Shown piece after piece: positions 16,853-24,587 of a DNA stretch of 42,007 nt. The notes beneath the pieces were generated by a model. It did not search any database and was not told the origin of the DNA. It was given only the letters and a program-made list of their open reading frames with translations. Origin of the DNA: Candidatus Terrybacteria bacterium (GTDB lineage Bacteria > Patescibacteriota > Minisyncoccia > UBA9983); assembly GCA_016208535.1 (NCBI GenBank), contig JACQXW010000010.1, forward strand, positions 1 through 42,007. Direction: 5' to 3'. The translations under genes were made by a program, and so were the position numbers. Position 1 is the stretch's first letter. Each line of letters starts with the position of its first letter.

Positions 16853-18991
16853 ATGGCAAAAATTTCTAAAAAAATCAAAGCCCCGAAAAAAATCACGAAG
16901 AGAGACGGCCGGGTTGTTGATTTTGACCAGAATAAAATCACCAAAGCCATTCATAAGGCTCTGACAGCCTCTGGCCAGGGCGATGGAAAAGAGTCAAAAA
17001 AGGTTTCTGACCGCGTAATCAGCCTTATAAATAGGCGTTTTAAGAAGGAGGAGGTTCCTAATGTTGAGGAGGTTCAGGATATTGTGGAAGAGGTCTTGAT
17101 TCTAGAGGGCTATGTGGAAACAGCCAAATCTTACATTCTTTACCGCGAACAGCGCCGCCGCATCCGAGAGCAAAAAACCGCGCTTGACGAGAGCCTGGAT
17201 ATGGTTGATAAATATCTTCGCAATGACGACTGGCAGGTGCGCGAAAACGCCAATATGTCTTTTTCTTTGCAGGGATTGCATCACTATATTATTTCCGCAG
17301 TGAGTAAAAAATACTGGCTGAACAAAATTTACACTCCGGAAATAAGAAAGGCGGTTGAAGAGGGCTCGTTCCATATTCATAATCTTGACTTTTTAGGGAC
17401 TTACTGCTGCGGTTGGGATTTGATGGATCTTTTGATGCGTGGTTTTGGTGGCGTGCTAGGTAAAGTAGAATCAAAGTCAGCCAAACATCTCAATGTCGCC
17501 TTGGGCCAGTTGGTTAATTTTTTCTATACCCTGCAGGGAGAATCAGCAGGCGCCCAGGCAGTGAGCAATTTTGACACCTTGCTGGCGCCATTTATAAGGT
17601 ATGACAATCTCACCTATCAGCAGGTGAAAAAGACCATCCAGACTTTTATTTTCAATTGCGCCATTCCCACTAGGGTTGGTTTTCAAACACCTTTTTTAAA
17701 TGTCACTTTGGATATAAAGCCGCCAGGGCATTTGGCAAGCCAGTCAGTTATCATTGGCGGCCAGCCTCAAAATGAAACCTACGGCGATTTTCAAGAAGAG
17801 ATGAATATTTTTAACAAAGCCTTTTTTGAGGTTATGGCCGAAGGCGACGCCAAGGGCCGGGTTTTCACATTTCCCATCCCCACCGTTAACATCACTAAAG
17901 ATTTTGATTGGGACAATCCTATTTTGCATGGCCTCTGGGAAATGACCGGGAAATACGGGGTACCTTATTTTGCCAATTTTATCAATTCTGAAATGAGCGC
18001 AGATGATGCTCGTTCCATGTGCTGCCGGTTGCGCCTGGACAACCGAGAACTTTATAAGCGCGGAGGAGGTCTTTTTGGTTCAGCCCCTTTGACCGGGTCA
18101 GTTGGCGTGATAACTATTAATCTGCCTCAAATCGGTTATCTTTCAAAAACCAAAAAAGATTTTTTTGACCGGCTTGGCAGGATGATGGATTTGGCAAAGG
18201 ACAGCTTGGAGATTAAGAGAAAGGTTCTTGATAATTTTATTGAAAGGGGACTTTATCCGTACTCCCGCTATTATCTGGAGTCGGTAAAGAGGATGAGGAA
18301 AAGTTATTGGGGAAATCATTTTTCCACCATTGGCCTGATTGGCATGAATGAATGTTTGCTTAATTTTATTGAGAAAGATATTACCGCCTCAGCCGGCCAG
18401 AAATTTAGCGTGGAGATTCTTGATTTTATGCGCGAGAGATTGGTTAAATACCAGGAAGAAACAGACAATCTTTATAATCTTGAGGCCACTCCGGCAGAGG
18501 GGACCAGCTACCGGCTGGCGAAAATAGACAAGGCGAGATTTCCGGACATTATCACAGCCGGCGAAAAAGAACCCTATTACACCAACTCCACCCATTTGCC
18601 GGTCGGATTCACAGACGATATTTTCGAGGCCCTGAAACTGCAGGATAATCTGCAGACCAAATATACCGGCGGCACCGTGCTTCACGGTTTTATCGGCGAA
18701 AAGATTTCTGACCACGAGATTATCAAGAGTATTCTTAAGAAAATTTTCAGCAAACATCATTTGCCTTATCTCACTTTTACGCCCACCTTCAGCATTTGTC
18801 CCAACCACGGTTATATCAGCGGAGAGCATTTCACCTGCCCGCACTGCCTCATTCCCCAACCTTGCGAGGTTTATTCGCGAGTGGTTGGGTATATCAGGCC
18901 CGTCCAACAGTGGCATGTGGGCAAACAAGAAGAGTATAATGAAAGAAAAGAATATGTTGTTGGCAGGACTGCAAAAATTCACCCTAATTGA
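16853..18991 (+). CDS. nrdD: anaerobic ribonucleoside-triphosphate reductase (class III) with N-terminal ATP-cone
   Basis: 712 aa. ATP-cone start (ITKRDGRVVDFDQNKI). C-terminal Zn site CPNHG...CPHC and the glycyl-radical motif ...YSRVVGYIRPV. Confidence 0.95.
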   Translation: MAKISKKIKAPKKITKRDGRVVDFDQNKITKAIHKALTASGQGDGKESKKVSDRVISLINRRFKKEEVPNVEEVQDIVEEVLILEGYVETAKSYILYREQRRRIREQKTALDESLDMVDKYLRNDDWQVRENANMSFSLQGLHHYIISAVSKKYWLNKIYTPEIRKAVEEGSFHIHNLDFLGTYCCGWDLMDLLMRGFGGVLGKVESKSAKHLNVALGQLVNFFYTLQGESAGAQAVSNFDTLLAPFIRYDNLTYQQVKKTIQTFIFNCAIPTRVGFQTPFLNVTLDIKPPGHLASQSVIIGGQPQNETYGDFQEEMNIFNKAFFEVMAEGDAKGRVFTFPIPTVNITKDFDWDNPILHGLWEMTGKYGVPYFANFINSEMSADDARSMCCRLRLDNRELYKRGGGLFGSAPLTGSVGVITINLPQIGYLSKTKKDFFDRLGRMMDLAKDSLEIKRKVLDNFIERGLYPYSRYYLESVKRMRKSYWGNHFSTIGLIGMNECLLNFIEKDITASAGQKFSVEILDFMRERLVKYQEETDNLYNLEATPAEGTSYRLAKIDKARFPDIITAGEKEPYYTNSTHLPVGFTDDIFEALKLQDNLQTKYTGGTVLHGFIGEKISDHEIIKSILKKIFSKHHLPYLTFTPTFSICPNHGYISGEHFTCPHCLIPQPCEVYSRVVGYIRPVQQWHVGKQEEYNERKEYVVGRTAKIHPN

Positions 18992-19661
18992 TTATCCGGG
19001 CAAAATCGCGGCCTCGGTTTTTACTGCTGGCTGCAATTTTTTGTGTTCTTTTTGTCACAACCCGGAATTAGTGGATCCTTTTTTGATGAAAAATCAGCCT
19101 GTATTGTCAGAAAGTGAAATTTTTGAATTTTTAGAAAGCCGAAGAGGGGATTTAGAGGGTGTATGCATTACCGGTGGCGAACCTACTTTGCATAAAGATT
19201 TGGCCGATTTTTTATCAAAGATAAAAAGTTTGGGTTTTAGCGTAAAATTGGATACAAACGGTAGCCATCCGGAGATGCTGGAAAAATTGATTAAAGAAAA
19301 ACTTGTTGATTATATCGCCATGGACATCAAGGCGCCGCTTGAAAGATATGAAGAAATAACAGGGGTGGCGAATTTAGAGAAAATTAAAAAGAGTGTTGAG
19401 TTGATAAAAAATTCCGATATTGATTACGAGTTTAGGACAACGGTTGTGCCAAGATTCCACAGCAAAGAAGATATCATTCAAATCGCCAAAGAAATTTCGT
19501 CTCCAAAGAAGCCGGCGAAAAAATATTTCCTTCAGCAGTTTTATTCCATAAAAACCTTGGACCCGGAATTAAAGAAAGAAAAAGGGTATTCAAAAGAAAT
19601 CCTCGCTGAATTCTGCGAGGCAGTGAAGCCGTACTTTGAGCACTGTGGCGTGCGTTATTGA
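18939..19661 (+). CDS. nrdG: anaerobic RNR activating protein (radical SAM)
   Basis: The CNFLCSFCHN (CxxxCxxC) cluster motif and GGEPTL. It overlaps the nrdD 3' end. The start is 18939 or 18954; the ORF-track start at 18885 is less likely. Confidence 0.9.
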   Translation: MKEKNMLLAGLQKFTLIDYPGKIAASVFTAGCNFLCSFCHNPELVDPFLMKNQPVLSESEIFEFLESRRGDLEGVCITGGEPTLHKDLADFLSKIKSLGFSVKLDTNGSHPEMLEKLIKEKLVDYIAMDIKAPLERYEEITGVANLEKIKKSVELIKNSDIDYEFRTTVVPRFHSKEDIIQIAKEISSPKKPAKKYFLQQFYSIKTLDPELKKEKGYSKEILAEFCEAVKPYFEHCGVRY

Positions 19662-19685
19662 CAAAAAATCTGTTTCGTGTATAAT
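19658..19685 (+). promoter_or_regulatory. near-consensus promoter TTGACA-N16-TATAAT
   Basis: TTGACAaaaaatctgtttcgtgTATAAT. It is followed by a ~60-nt leader with the hairpin TCCCGC-ctt-GCGGGA and an AAGGAG SD. Confidence 0.65.
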
Positions 19686-19749
19686 ACAATTAGTTCTTTT
19701 CAAATCCCGCCTTGCGGGACAAATACCAAATTTTAAGGAGAAAACTGCC

Positions 19750-20256
19750 ATGAAAAAGCAGAACACCTATGATCAGCAGACAGCAAAGTTTATCGCGACG
19801 GTATGCCAGAATATGCCCGAATTACCGGGCGACGTGATGCAGGGATGGATTCAAAACCCGAAAGGCCTCAAGAAATTTCTCAAAGGCCTCTGCCCACCGG
19901 AAACTTCATCAAGTTTCCCTGTCTGGAAAACCGTCACTCTCGGTATTCATAAATCAGTCGATGAATACCGCAAAGCTCTCGAAGCAAACGGATTCAAAAT
20001 AGGCAACTGGGGCGACGACATTCTCGGCAAATCGGCTTTCACCGTGAGCTCCGAAGAAACAGAAGTGGAATTAGTAAAAATGACCGTCGCAGAACTCGGA
20101 TTCAAAGACAGCGCGACCAGGAAAGATATCTACGAGAGAGCCATTGAGTTCGGGCTCAAGCTCTGCCCGAATGAAGTTGGTCCCGCCCTGCGCCTGCAAT
20201 ACACAGATCAGCCAATCCTTGGTCCTTTTTATTTTTTAAAATTTTTGCTAAACTAA
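19750..20256 (+). CDS. N-terminal part of a disrupted gene (candidate DGR target), unknown family
   Basis: The ATG lies 9 nt after AAGGAG. The region looks visibly more G+C-rich than its surroundings. The conserved-looking sequence ...CPNEVGPALRLQYTDQP is followed by low-complexity ILGPFYFLKFLLN and a stop. The ORF-track start at 19636 is rejected. Confidence 0.55.
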   Translation: MKKQNTYDQQTAKFIATVCQNMPELPGDVMQGWIQNPKGLKKFLKGLCPPETSSSFPVWKTVTLGIHKSVDEYRKALEANGFKIGNWGDDILGKSAFTVSSEETEVELVKMTVAELGFKDSATRKDIYERAIEFGLKLCPNEVGPALRLQYTDQPILGPFYFLKFLLN

Positions 20257-20442
20257 ATTTTAGATATTAGATTAATAAATGCCTGCGGTTACGGCTTCAG
20301 GCGATCGAATTCTGAAATCAGTAAAGCAGAGAACGGCATCGGGCACGCTTTATGCCGGAGTTGTTTATTGATTTCAAAAAAATAAAGAAACTTGGTATAA
20401 GGCGCTGGGGCATTAAAGATGCCGTATACGATTCAACTCTAA

Positions 20443-20658
20443 GAGTATTCGAAGAGTGGTGGCATAGATGGCGTCTTATACATTACTGACTCCAATGGCA
20501 ACCTCAATGTGTTTGAAGTGGAACGGAATAGCGATGGCTTATGGCTTAACGGCAACAACGGCAATCCTGACAACTTGTGGAACGCTGACAACCAGTGGGT
20601 TTTCTCTCGCGGCAACTCTCTTTATTTTTTCCCCGCTCTTCGCGGGGTTTTTAATTAA
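20443..20658 (+). other. open frame without start codon: C-terminal fragment of the disrupted gene; Asn-codon-rich VR/TR-like segment
   Basis: Same frame as the 19750 ATG. It reads ...GIDGVLYITDSNGNLNVFEVERNSDGLWLNGNNGNPDNLWNADNQWVFSRGNSLYFF..., with 8 AAC and 4 AAT codons in about 47 codons. Confidence 0.5.
20631..20652 (+). terminator. GC hairpin plus T-run at the end of the VR/TR-like segment
   Basis: CCCCGC-tcttc-GCGGGG followed by TTTTT. The palindrome TTAATTAA that follows supplies the stop codons of both convergent reading frames. Confidence 0.6.
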
Positions 20659-21023
20659 GCAGTTGTTTTTGCCATCCACCCAGTATCCTGCCAATTTCAT
20701 CCAAATATTCAGAAAAGACAATATATTTTTTATTATCCAAAGATTTTATTTCCCAGGAAATTTGCAGAAAAAACTTCAAAAGGTCCAGTTTTGAAATGGC
20801 TTTTTGTATGTACGGAGTTTTTAAGTTTTTATTCAATCGGCTTGCTATAAAAATCAACTCAGCGATTTCTATTATTAAACTATCAATCTTAATTCCCAGC
20901 GTGTAGCGCGAATCTTTCGGAAAGTGCGGAATAAATTCATGCCACAGCTTATATAACGCAATAATACAAATAATTATTGTTAAATTTTGTCGGGGGGGGG
21001 GGCGTACTGGTGAAATTTTTCAT
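20651..21023 (-). pseudogene. avd: Avd-like four-helix-bundle protein (DGR accessory), apparent frameshift in a C11/G11 tract
   Basis: The open frame reads ...LYKLWHEFIPHFPKDSRYTLGIKIDSLIIEIAELIFIASRLNK...KLDLLKFFLQISWEIKSLDNKKYIVFSEYLDEIGRILGGWQKQLLN. The only in-frame start is the TTG at 20857 (68 aa), which would remove the first helices. The ATG at 21023 comes into frame, giving 123 aa, if the homopolymer were 10 nt rather than 11. Confidence 0.55.
20992..21002. repeat. homopolymeric G11 tract
   Basis: gtcGGGGGGGGGGGcgtactgg, 39 nt upstream of the RT ATG and inside the avd 5' region. Confidence 0.9.
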
Positions 21024-21040
21024 ATACTAATAATACGCCC

Positions 21041-22027
21041 ATGATAAACAAATTCCAAACTAAATACGAAGAAATTATCTCTATCGAAAACCTCCTTTCG
21101 GCTTGGGAAGAATTTTTGAAAGGCAAAAGAAACAGAAAAGATGTTCAAGAATTTCAGTTTAATCTGATGGACAACATCCTTGCTCTCCATGGCAATCTCG
21201 CCAGCCGAACTTACAGCCACGGCGGATATAAAGCATTCAAAATCAACGACCCAAAGCCGAGAGATATCCACAAAGCAAGCGTGCGGGACAGATTGTTGCA
21301 TCACGCCATTTACAGGATTTTGTATCCGTATTTTGACAAAACATTCATAGCCGATTCTTTTTCCTGCAGATTAAAAAAGGGCACGCACAAAGCGATAAAC
21401 AGATTCAGAAAATTTGCCTACAAAACCGGCAAAAATGACACCAAAACCTGCTGGATTTTAAAATGCGATATCAAGAAGTTTTTTGCCAACATAGACCACA
21501 AAATTTTAATCAATGTCCTGCGTGAACATATTGTGGACGAAAACTTGATAAAACTTCTCAAAAACATCGTTGAAAGTTTTTCGTCAGCAAGAGATGGCAT
21601 CGGTTTACCATTAGGCAATCTCACTTCGCAACTTTTCGTAAATATTTACATGAACAAATTTGACCAATTTGTAAAACACAAATTGAAAGCGAAATATTAC
21701 ATCAGATATTGCGACGATTTTGTTGTTTTCTTGGAAAGTAAAAATTATGCGCAAAAATTGATTCCGCCCGTCAGGGAATTCCTAAACAAAGAGCTTAAAC
21801 TGGAACTGCATCCCGACAAAATTTCCGTCAAAACTCTGGCTTCCGGCGCCGACTTTCTCGGCTGGATTAATTTTACCGACCATAGAATTTTGAGAACCGC
21901 CACAAAAAGAAAAATATTCAGGAATATCAAGGAAAGGGGAGGTAAGGCGGAAACCGTCCAGTCGTATTTGGGGCTGATTAGGTGGGGGAATACAAGGAAA
22001 TTGCGTAATTTAATTGTAAAGTGTTGA
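21041..22027 (+). CDS. DGR-type reverse transcriptase
   Basis: 328 aa. ...NDPKPRDIHKASVRDRLLHHAIY...KCDIKKFFANIDH...GLPLGNLTSQLFVNIYMNKFDQFVKH...YIRYCDDFVVF...LELHPDKISV...ADFLGW. It carries the LGxxxSQ motif-4 signature and YxDD. Confidence 0.9.
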   Translation: MINKFQTKYEEIISIENLLSAWEEFLKGKRNRKDVQEFQFNLMDNILALHGNLASRTYSHGGYKAFKINDPKPRDIHKASVRDRLLHHAIYRILYPYFDKTFIADSFSCRLKKGTHKAINRFRKFAYKTGKNDTKTCWILKCDIKKFFANIDHKILINVLREHIVDENLIKLLKNIVESFSSARDGIGLPLGNLTSQLFVNIYMNKFDQFVKHKLKAKYYIRYCDDFVVFLESKNYAQKLIPPVREFLNKELKLELHPDKISVKTLASGADFLGWINFTDHRILRTATKRKIFRNIKERGGKAETVQSYLGLIRWGNTRKLRNLIVKC

Positions 22028-22059
22028 CATATTTTTGAGAGGATATATACTGTTAATCA

Positions 22060-22150
22060 TAAGGCCGTAGATGACAGGCGCTTGGGATAAAACAAGATAA
22101 GTCCTGTTGAGGTAAATTAACATTGCGGCTTTTGGGCCGTATTTTATTTT
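22060..22150 (+). promoter_or_regulatory. possible rplJ (L10) leader
   Basis: A ~120-nt untranslated spacer before rplJ with local pairings (GACAGG...CCTGTT). The assignment rests on position only. Confidence 0.25.
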
Positions 22151-22151
22151 T

Positions 22152-22676
22152 ATGTCCATAACAAAACAAAAAAAAGAGGAAATATTAGAGAATCTTAAAG
22201 AAAGCCTGAAAAAGGCGAAGATTGTGGTTTTTGTTAATTTTCATGGTCTAAGTGTTTCTCTTGCCAATGAACTAAGAAAGATTTTAAGGAGTATGGGCGT
22301 GACTTATATGGTTGCCAAGAAGACTTTGATTAAAAAAGCGCTGGAGACTTTTGGATTTTCCGGAGAGATGCCGAAATTGGAGGGAGAGATTGCCATCGCT
22401 GTTTCTGACAGCGATCCCCTTGCCTCAGCCAAGGCCTTGGAGCAGTTTGCGAAAAAAAATAAAGATAAAATCAAACTTGGTGGCGGAGTTTTTGAAAACA
22501 AATACATTGGAGCGGAAACCGTGATTATGCTTGCCAATATTCCAGCGCGCGAAATTTTACTTGGCCAATTAGTCAATATTATAAATTCGCCGATTCAGGG
22601 ATTGGTCGTAACCTTGAACGGATTAGTAAGCAAGTTTGTGAGAACTTTAGAAGAAATAGCAAAAAAGAAATCATAA
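22152..22676 (+). CDS. rplJ: 50S ribosomal protein L10
   Basis: 174 aa. The sequence (...VVFVNFHGLSVSLANELRKILR...YMVAKKTL) and its position upstream of rplL support the call. Confidence 0.9.
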   Translation: MSITKQKKEEILENLKESLKKAKIVVFVNFHGLSVSLANELRKILRSMGVTYMVAKKTLIKKALETFGFSGEMPKLEGEIAIAVSDSDPLASAKALEQFAKKNKDKIKLGGGVFENKYIGAETVIMLANIPAREILLGQLVNIINSPIQGLVVTLNGLVSKFVRTLEEIAKKKS

Positions 22677-22682
22677 AAATTT

Positions 22683-23063
22683 ATGTCAAAACATAAAGAT
22701 ATTATTGAAAAAATAGAGTCCATGAGCGTTCTTGAACTGCATGAATTAGTGAAGACGCTTGAGGAAAAATTCGGGGTGTCAGCGCAAGCTGTGGCAATGG
22801 CCGCACCTGCGGCAGGAGCCGTTTCAGCAGCCGGAGAAGAAAAAGAAGAAAAAACATCGTTTAATGTTGAACTCAAGAAGGCTGGGGAACAAAAAATCCA
22901 GGCCATTAAGGTTTTAAGGGATGCGCTTGGTCTGGGCCTTAAGGAGGCAAAGGATATGGTGGATGGCGCGCCAATTGTGGTGAAAGAAGGCATGGATAAA
23001 AAATCTGCCGAAGAACTGAAGACAAAACTTGAGGCAGCCGGTTGCGCAGTTGAACTGAAATAA
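22683..23063 (+). CDS. rplL: 50S ribosomal protein L7/L12
   Basis: 126 aa. ...[18 protein letters not shown]..., an Ala-rich hinge, and ...[27 protein letters not shown]...[11 protein letters not shown]. Confidence 0.95.
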   Translation: MSKHKDIIEKIESMSVLELHELVKTLEEKFGVSAQAVAMAAPAAGAVSAAGEEKEEKTSFNVELKKAGEQKIQAIKVLRDALGLGLKEAKDMVDGAPIVVKEGMDKKSAEELKTKLEAAGCAVELK

Positions 23064-23092
23064 GATATAATACTAACAAGTAGTTTAGTATT

Positions 23093-23716
23093 ATGACTGG
23101 TGTTTTGGATAAACTTTTTGGCTCGTCTGCTAGGGTTAAAATCATCCGTCTTTTTCTTTTGAACCCCGATACCTTATTCAATCTCAAGGAAATCTCTCGG
23201 CGCGCAAAGGTAATCCCAGCCTCTGCGCGGCGGGAGATTTTGGTTTTAAGAGATATTGGTTTTATCAAACAAACAAAGGAAAAAATAGACGAGATTATTA
23301 GATTAAAAAAAGGCAAAATTAAGAACAAAAAGAAAAAAATCCAAGGATTGAAACTCAATCAATTTTTTCCTTTTCTTCACCCCCTTAAAAATCTTGTTCT
23401 CAATAGCGTTCCCTTTAACAAAGAAAAACTGATGAAGAAAATAAATTCTCTTGGCAGGATGAAATTAATTGTTTTGGCGGGGATTTTTATCCAATCAGAC
23501 GAAAGCAGAACAGACCTTCTTTTGGTGGCTGATTCCATTAATAACAGCGGCCTGCAAAGAGTTTTAAAAGATATTGAGGCAAAAATAGGAAGAGAGATTG
23601 TTTACGCAATTTTCAACACAAAAGAATTTTTGTACCGTCTCGGCATGTATGACCGCTTCATCCGTGATGTTCTTGACTCCCCGCACGAAAAGGCGGTTAA
23701 TAAATTGAATATTTAA
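23093..23716 (+). CDS. hypothetical protein with N-terminal winged-helix-like DNA-binding region
   Basis: 207 aa. ...SSARVKIIRLFLLNPDTLFNLKEISRRAKVIPASARREILVLRDIGFI resembles an ArsR/MarR-like wHTH. Confidence 0.5.
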   Translation: MTGVLDKLFGSSARVKIIRLFLLNPDTLFNLKEISRRAKVIPASARREILVLRDIGFIKQTKEKIDEIIRLKKGKIKNKKKKIQGLKLNQFFPFLHPLKNLVLNSVPFNKEKLMKKINSLGRMKLIVLAGIFIQSDESRTDLLLVADSINNSGLQRVLKDIEAKIGREIVYAIFNTKEFLYRLGMYDRFIRDVLDSPHEKAVNKLNI

Positions 23717-23717
23717 C

Positions 23718-23789
23718 GGACACTTAGCTCAGTGGTAGAGCGCTTCGTTCACATCGAAGAGGTCACAGGTTCGAGCCCTGTAGTGTTCA
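23718..23789 (+). tRNA. tRNA-Val (anticodon CAC)
   Basis: Acceptor GGACACT/AGTGTTC (one G-U pair), D-arm GCTC-AGTGGTA-GAGC, anticodon stem CTTCG/CGAAG with loop TTCACAT, T-arm CACAG-GTTCGAG-CCTGT-like. Confidence 0.85.
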
Positions 23790-23887
23790 TTAAAAATCTA
23801 ACGGGGCAAGTTGCAAAGGTCGGAGGCCTGCCCCGTATAATCGAGCGAAGCGAGATTTATTCGGGGTTCGAGACCTCTCGCGCCCAA

Positions 23888-23930
23888 TTATCCACACCCA
23901 CTCCTTAAATTTCTCTCAATATGTTATAAT
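23888..23930 (+). promoter_or_regulatory. TTATCCACA (23888-23896) followed by a TATAAT -10 box (23925-23930)
   Basis: TTATCCACAcccactccttaaatttctctcaatatgtTATAAT. The -35 is weak. Confidence 0.4.
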
Positions 23931-23952
23931 CTCCATAAAGGTCGGTCGAACT

Positions 23953-23976
23953 AAAATTATTACGCGTAATAATTTT
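23953..23976. repeat. 24-bp perfect palindrome AAAATTATTACG|CGTAATAATTTT
   Basis: It lies between the TATAAT box and the TTG start at 24017. Confidence 0.9.
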
Positions 23977-24016
23977 TATTAATTTTATTTATTATCACAT
24001 AAACACTGAAGAACCT

Positions 24017-24496
24017 TTGGCAAAGGCAGGCTTCCGTCTTGACAGCGGCGCCTTTATCGGCGGTTTGGTGCGGTGGTTTTTAATCATCGTCTTTTTGATT
24101 GCCTCAATAGAGGTCATAGGTTTGAGCCAGGTCAACGCCTTTTTAAGAGATGTTGTTTTGGCTTATCTGCCGAATGTGATTGTGGCAGCTCTTATCTTGG
24201 TTGTGGCAGCCTTTGTGGCTAATGCTATACAGAAGATAATCGTTGGCTCAGCCAAGGCCGCAGGCGTTCCCTCATCTCAGCTTTTGGGAGGGATAGCCAA
24301 GTGGGCGATTTGGCTTTTCGCGATTCTGGCTGCCTTGTATCAGCTGGGGATTGCCGGAGTTTTTGCCCAAACGCTGTTTACGGGATTTGTGGCAATGCTG
24401 GCCATTGCCGGCGGTTTGGCCTTTGGTTTGGGAGCAAAGGAGGCGGCAGGAAGATATATTGAAAAATTAAGACAAGATATAAGTAATCGAGGATAA
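24017..24496 (+). CDS. multi-pass membrane protein (conserved TM-helix-repeat / MscS-N-terminal-like)
   Basis: 159 aa with a TTG start and four hydrophobic helices (e.g. GGLVRWFLIIVFLIASIEVIG). The N-terminus may be truncated relative to the family. Confidence 0.5.
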   Translation: MAKAGFRLDSGAFIGGLVRWFLIIVFLIASIEVIGLSQVNAFLRDVVLAYLPNVIVAALILVVAAFVANAIQKIIVGSAKAAGVPSSQLLGGIAKWAIWLFAILAALYQLGIAGVFAQTLFTGFVAMLAIAGGLAFGLGAKEAAGRYIEKLRQDISNRG

Positions 24497-24508
24497 AACA
24501 GAATAGAC

Positions 24509-24580
24509 TTATCCACAGCAACCGAGCACATAGATTATGTGCTCGGTTGACTTGTTTTTAGGAGATATTTATTTTATACT
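24509..24580 (+). promoter_or_regulatory. promoter module copy 1: TTATCCACA - palindrome CCGAGCACA-tagatta-TGTGCTCGG - TTGACT ... TATACT
   Basis: Positions 24509-24560 match 25609-25660 except for the 7-nt palindrome centre. A TATTTT box lies 17 nt after the TTGACT (24547-24552). Alternatively, TTGTTT-N17-TATACT sits 7 nt before the hicB ATG. Confidence 0.6.
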
Positions 24581-24587
24581 GAAATCA

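Noticed and set aside
20260-20440. The interrupting segment as the cognate VR/TR partner of 20494-20620
   Set aside because: A by-eye alignment allowing mismatches only at A positions fails after a few nucleotides, and I saw no adenine-specific mismatch pattern.
20468-20794. 108-aa + strand ORF spanning the VR/TR-like segment and running antisense to avd
   Set aside because: It is in a different frame from the family-like translation, gives a low-complexity T/A/L-rich peptide, and crosses the terminator hairpin.
22028-22151. The spacer downstream of the RT as the DGR template repeat
   Set aside because: It shows no resemblance to the Asn-rich segment or to any other region in the window. 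Its position directly before rplJ fits a ribosomal-protein leader better.
23790-23890. SRP RNA, tmRNA or RNase P RNA in the tRNA-Val downstream spacer
   Set aside because: The region is too short, and it lacks the conserved SRP domain IV (GGAAG...AGCAG) or tmRNA/RNase P motifs.
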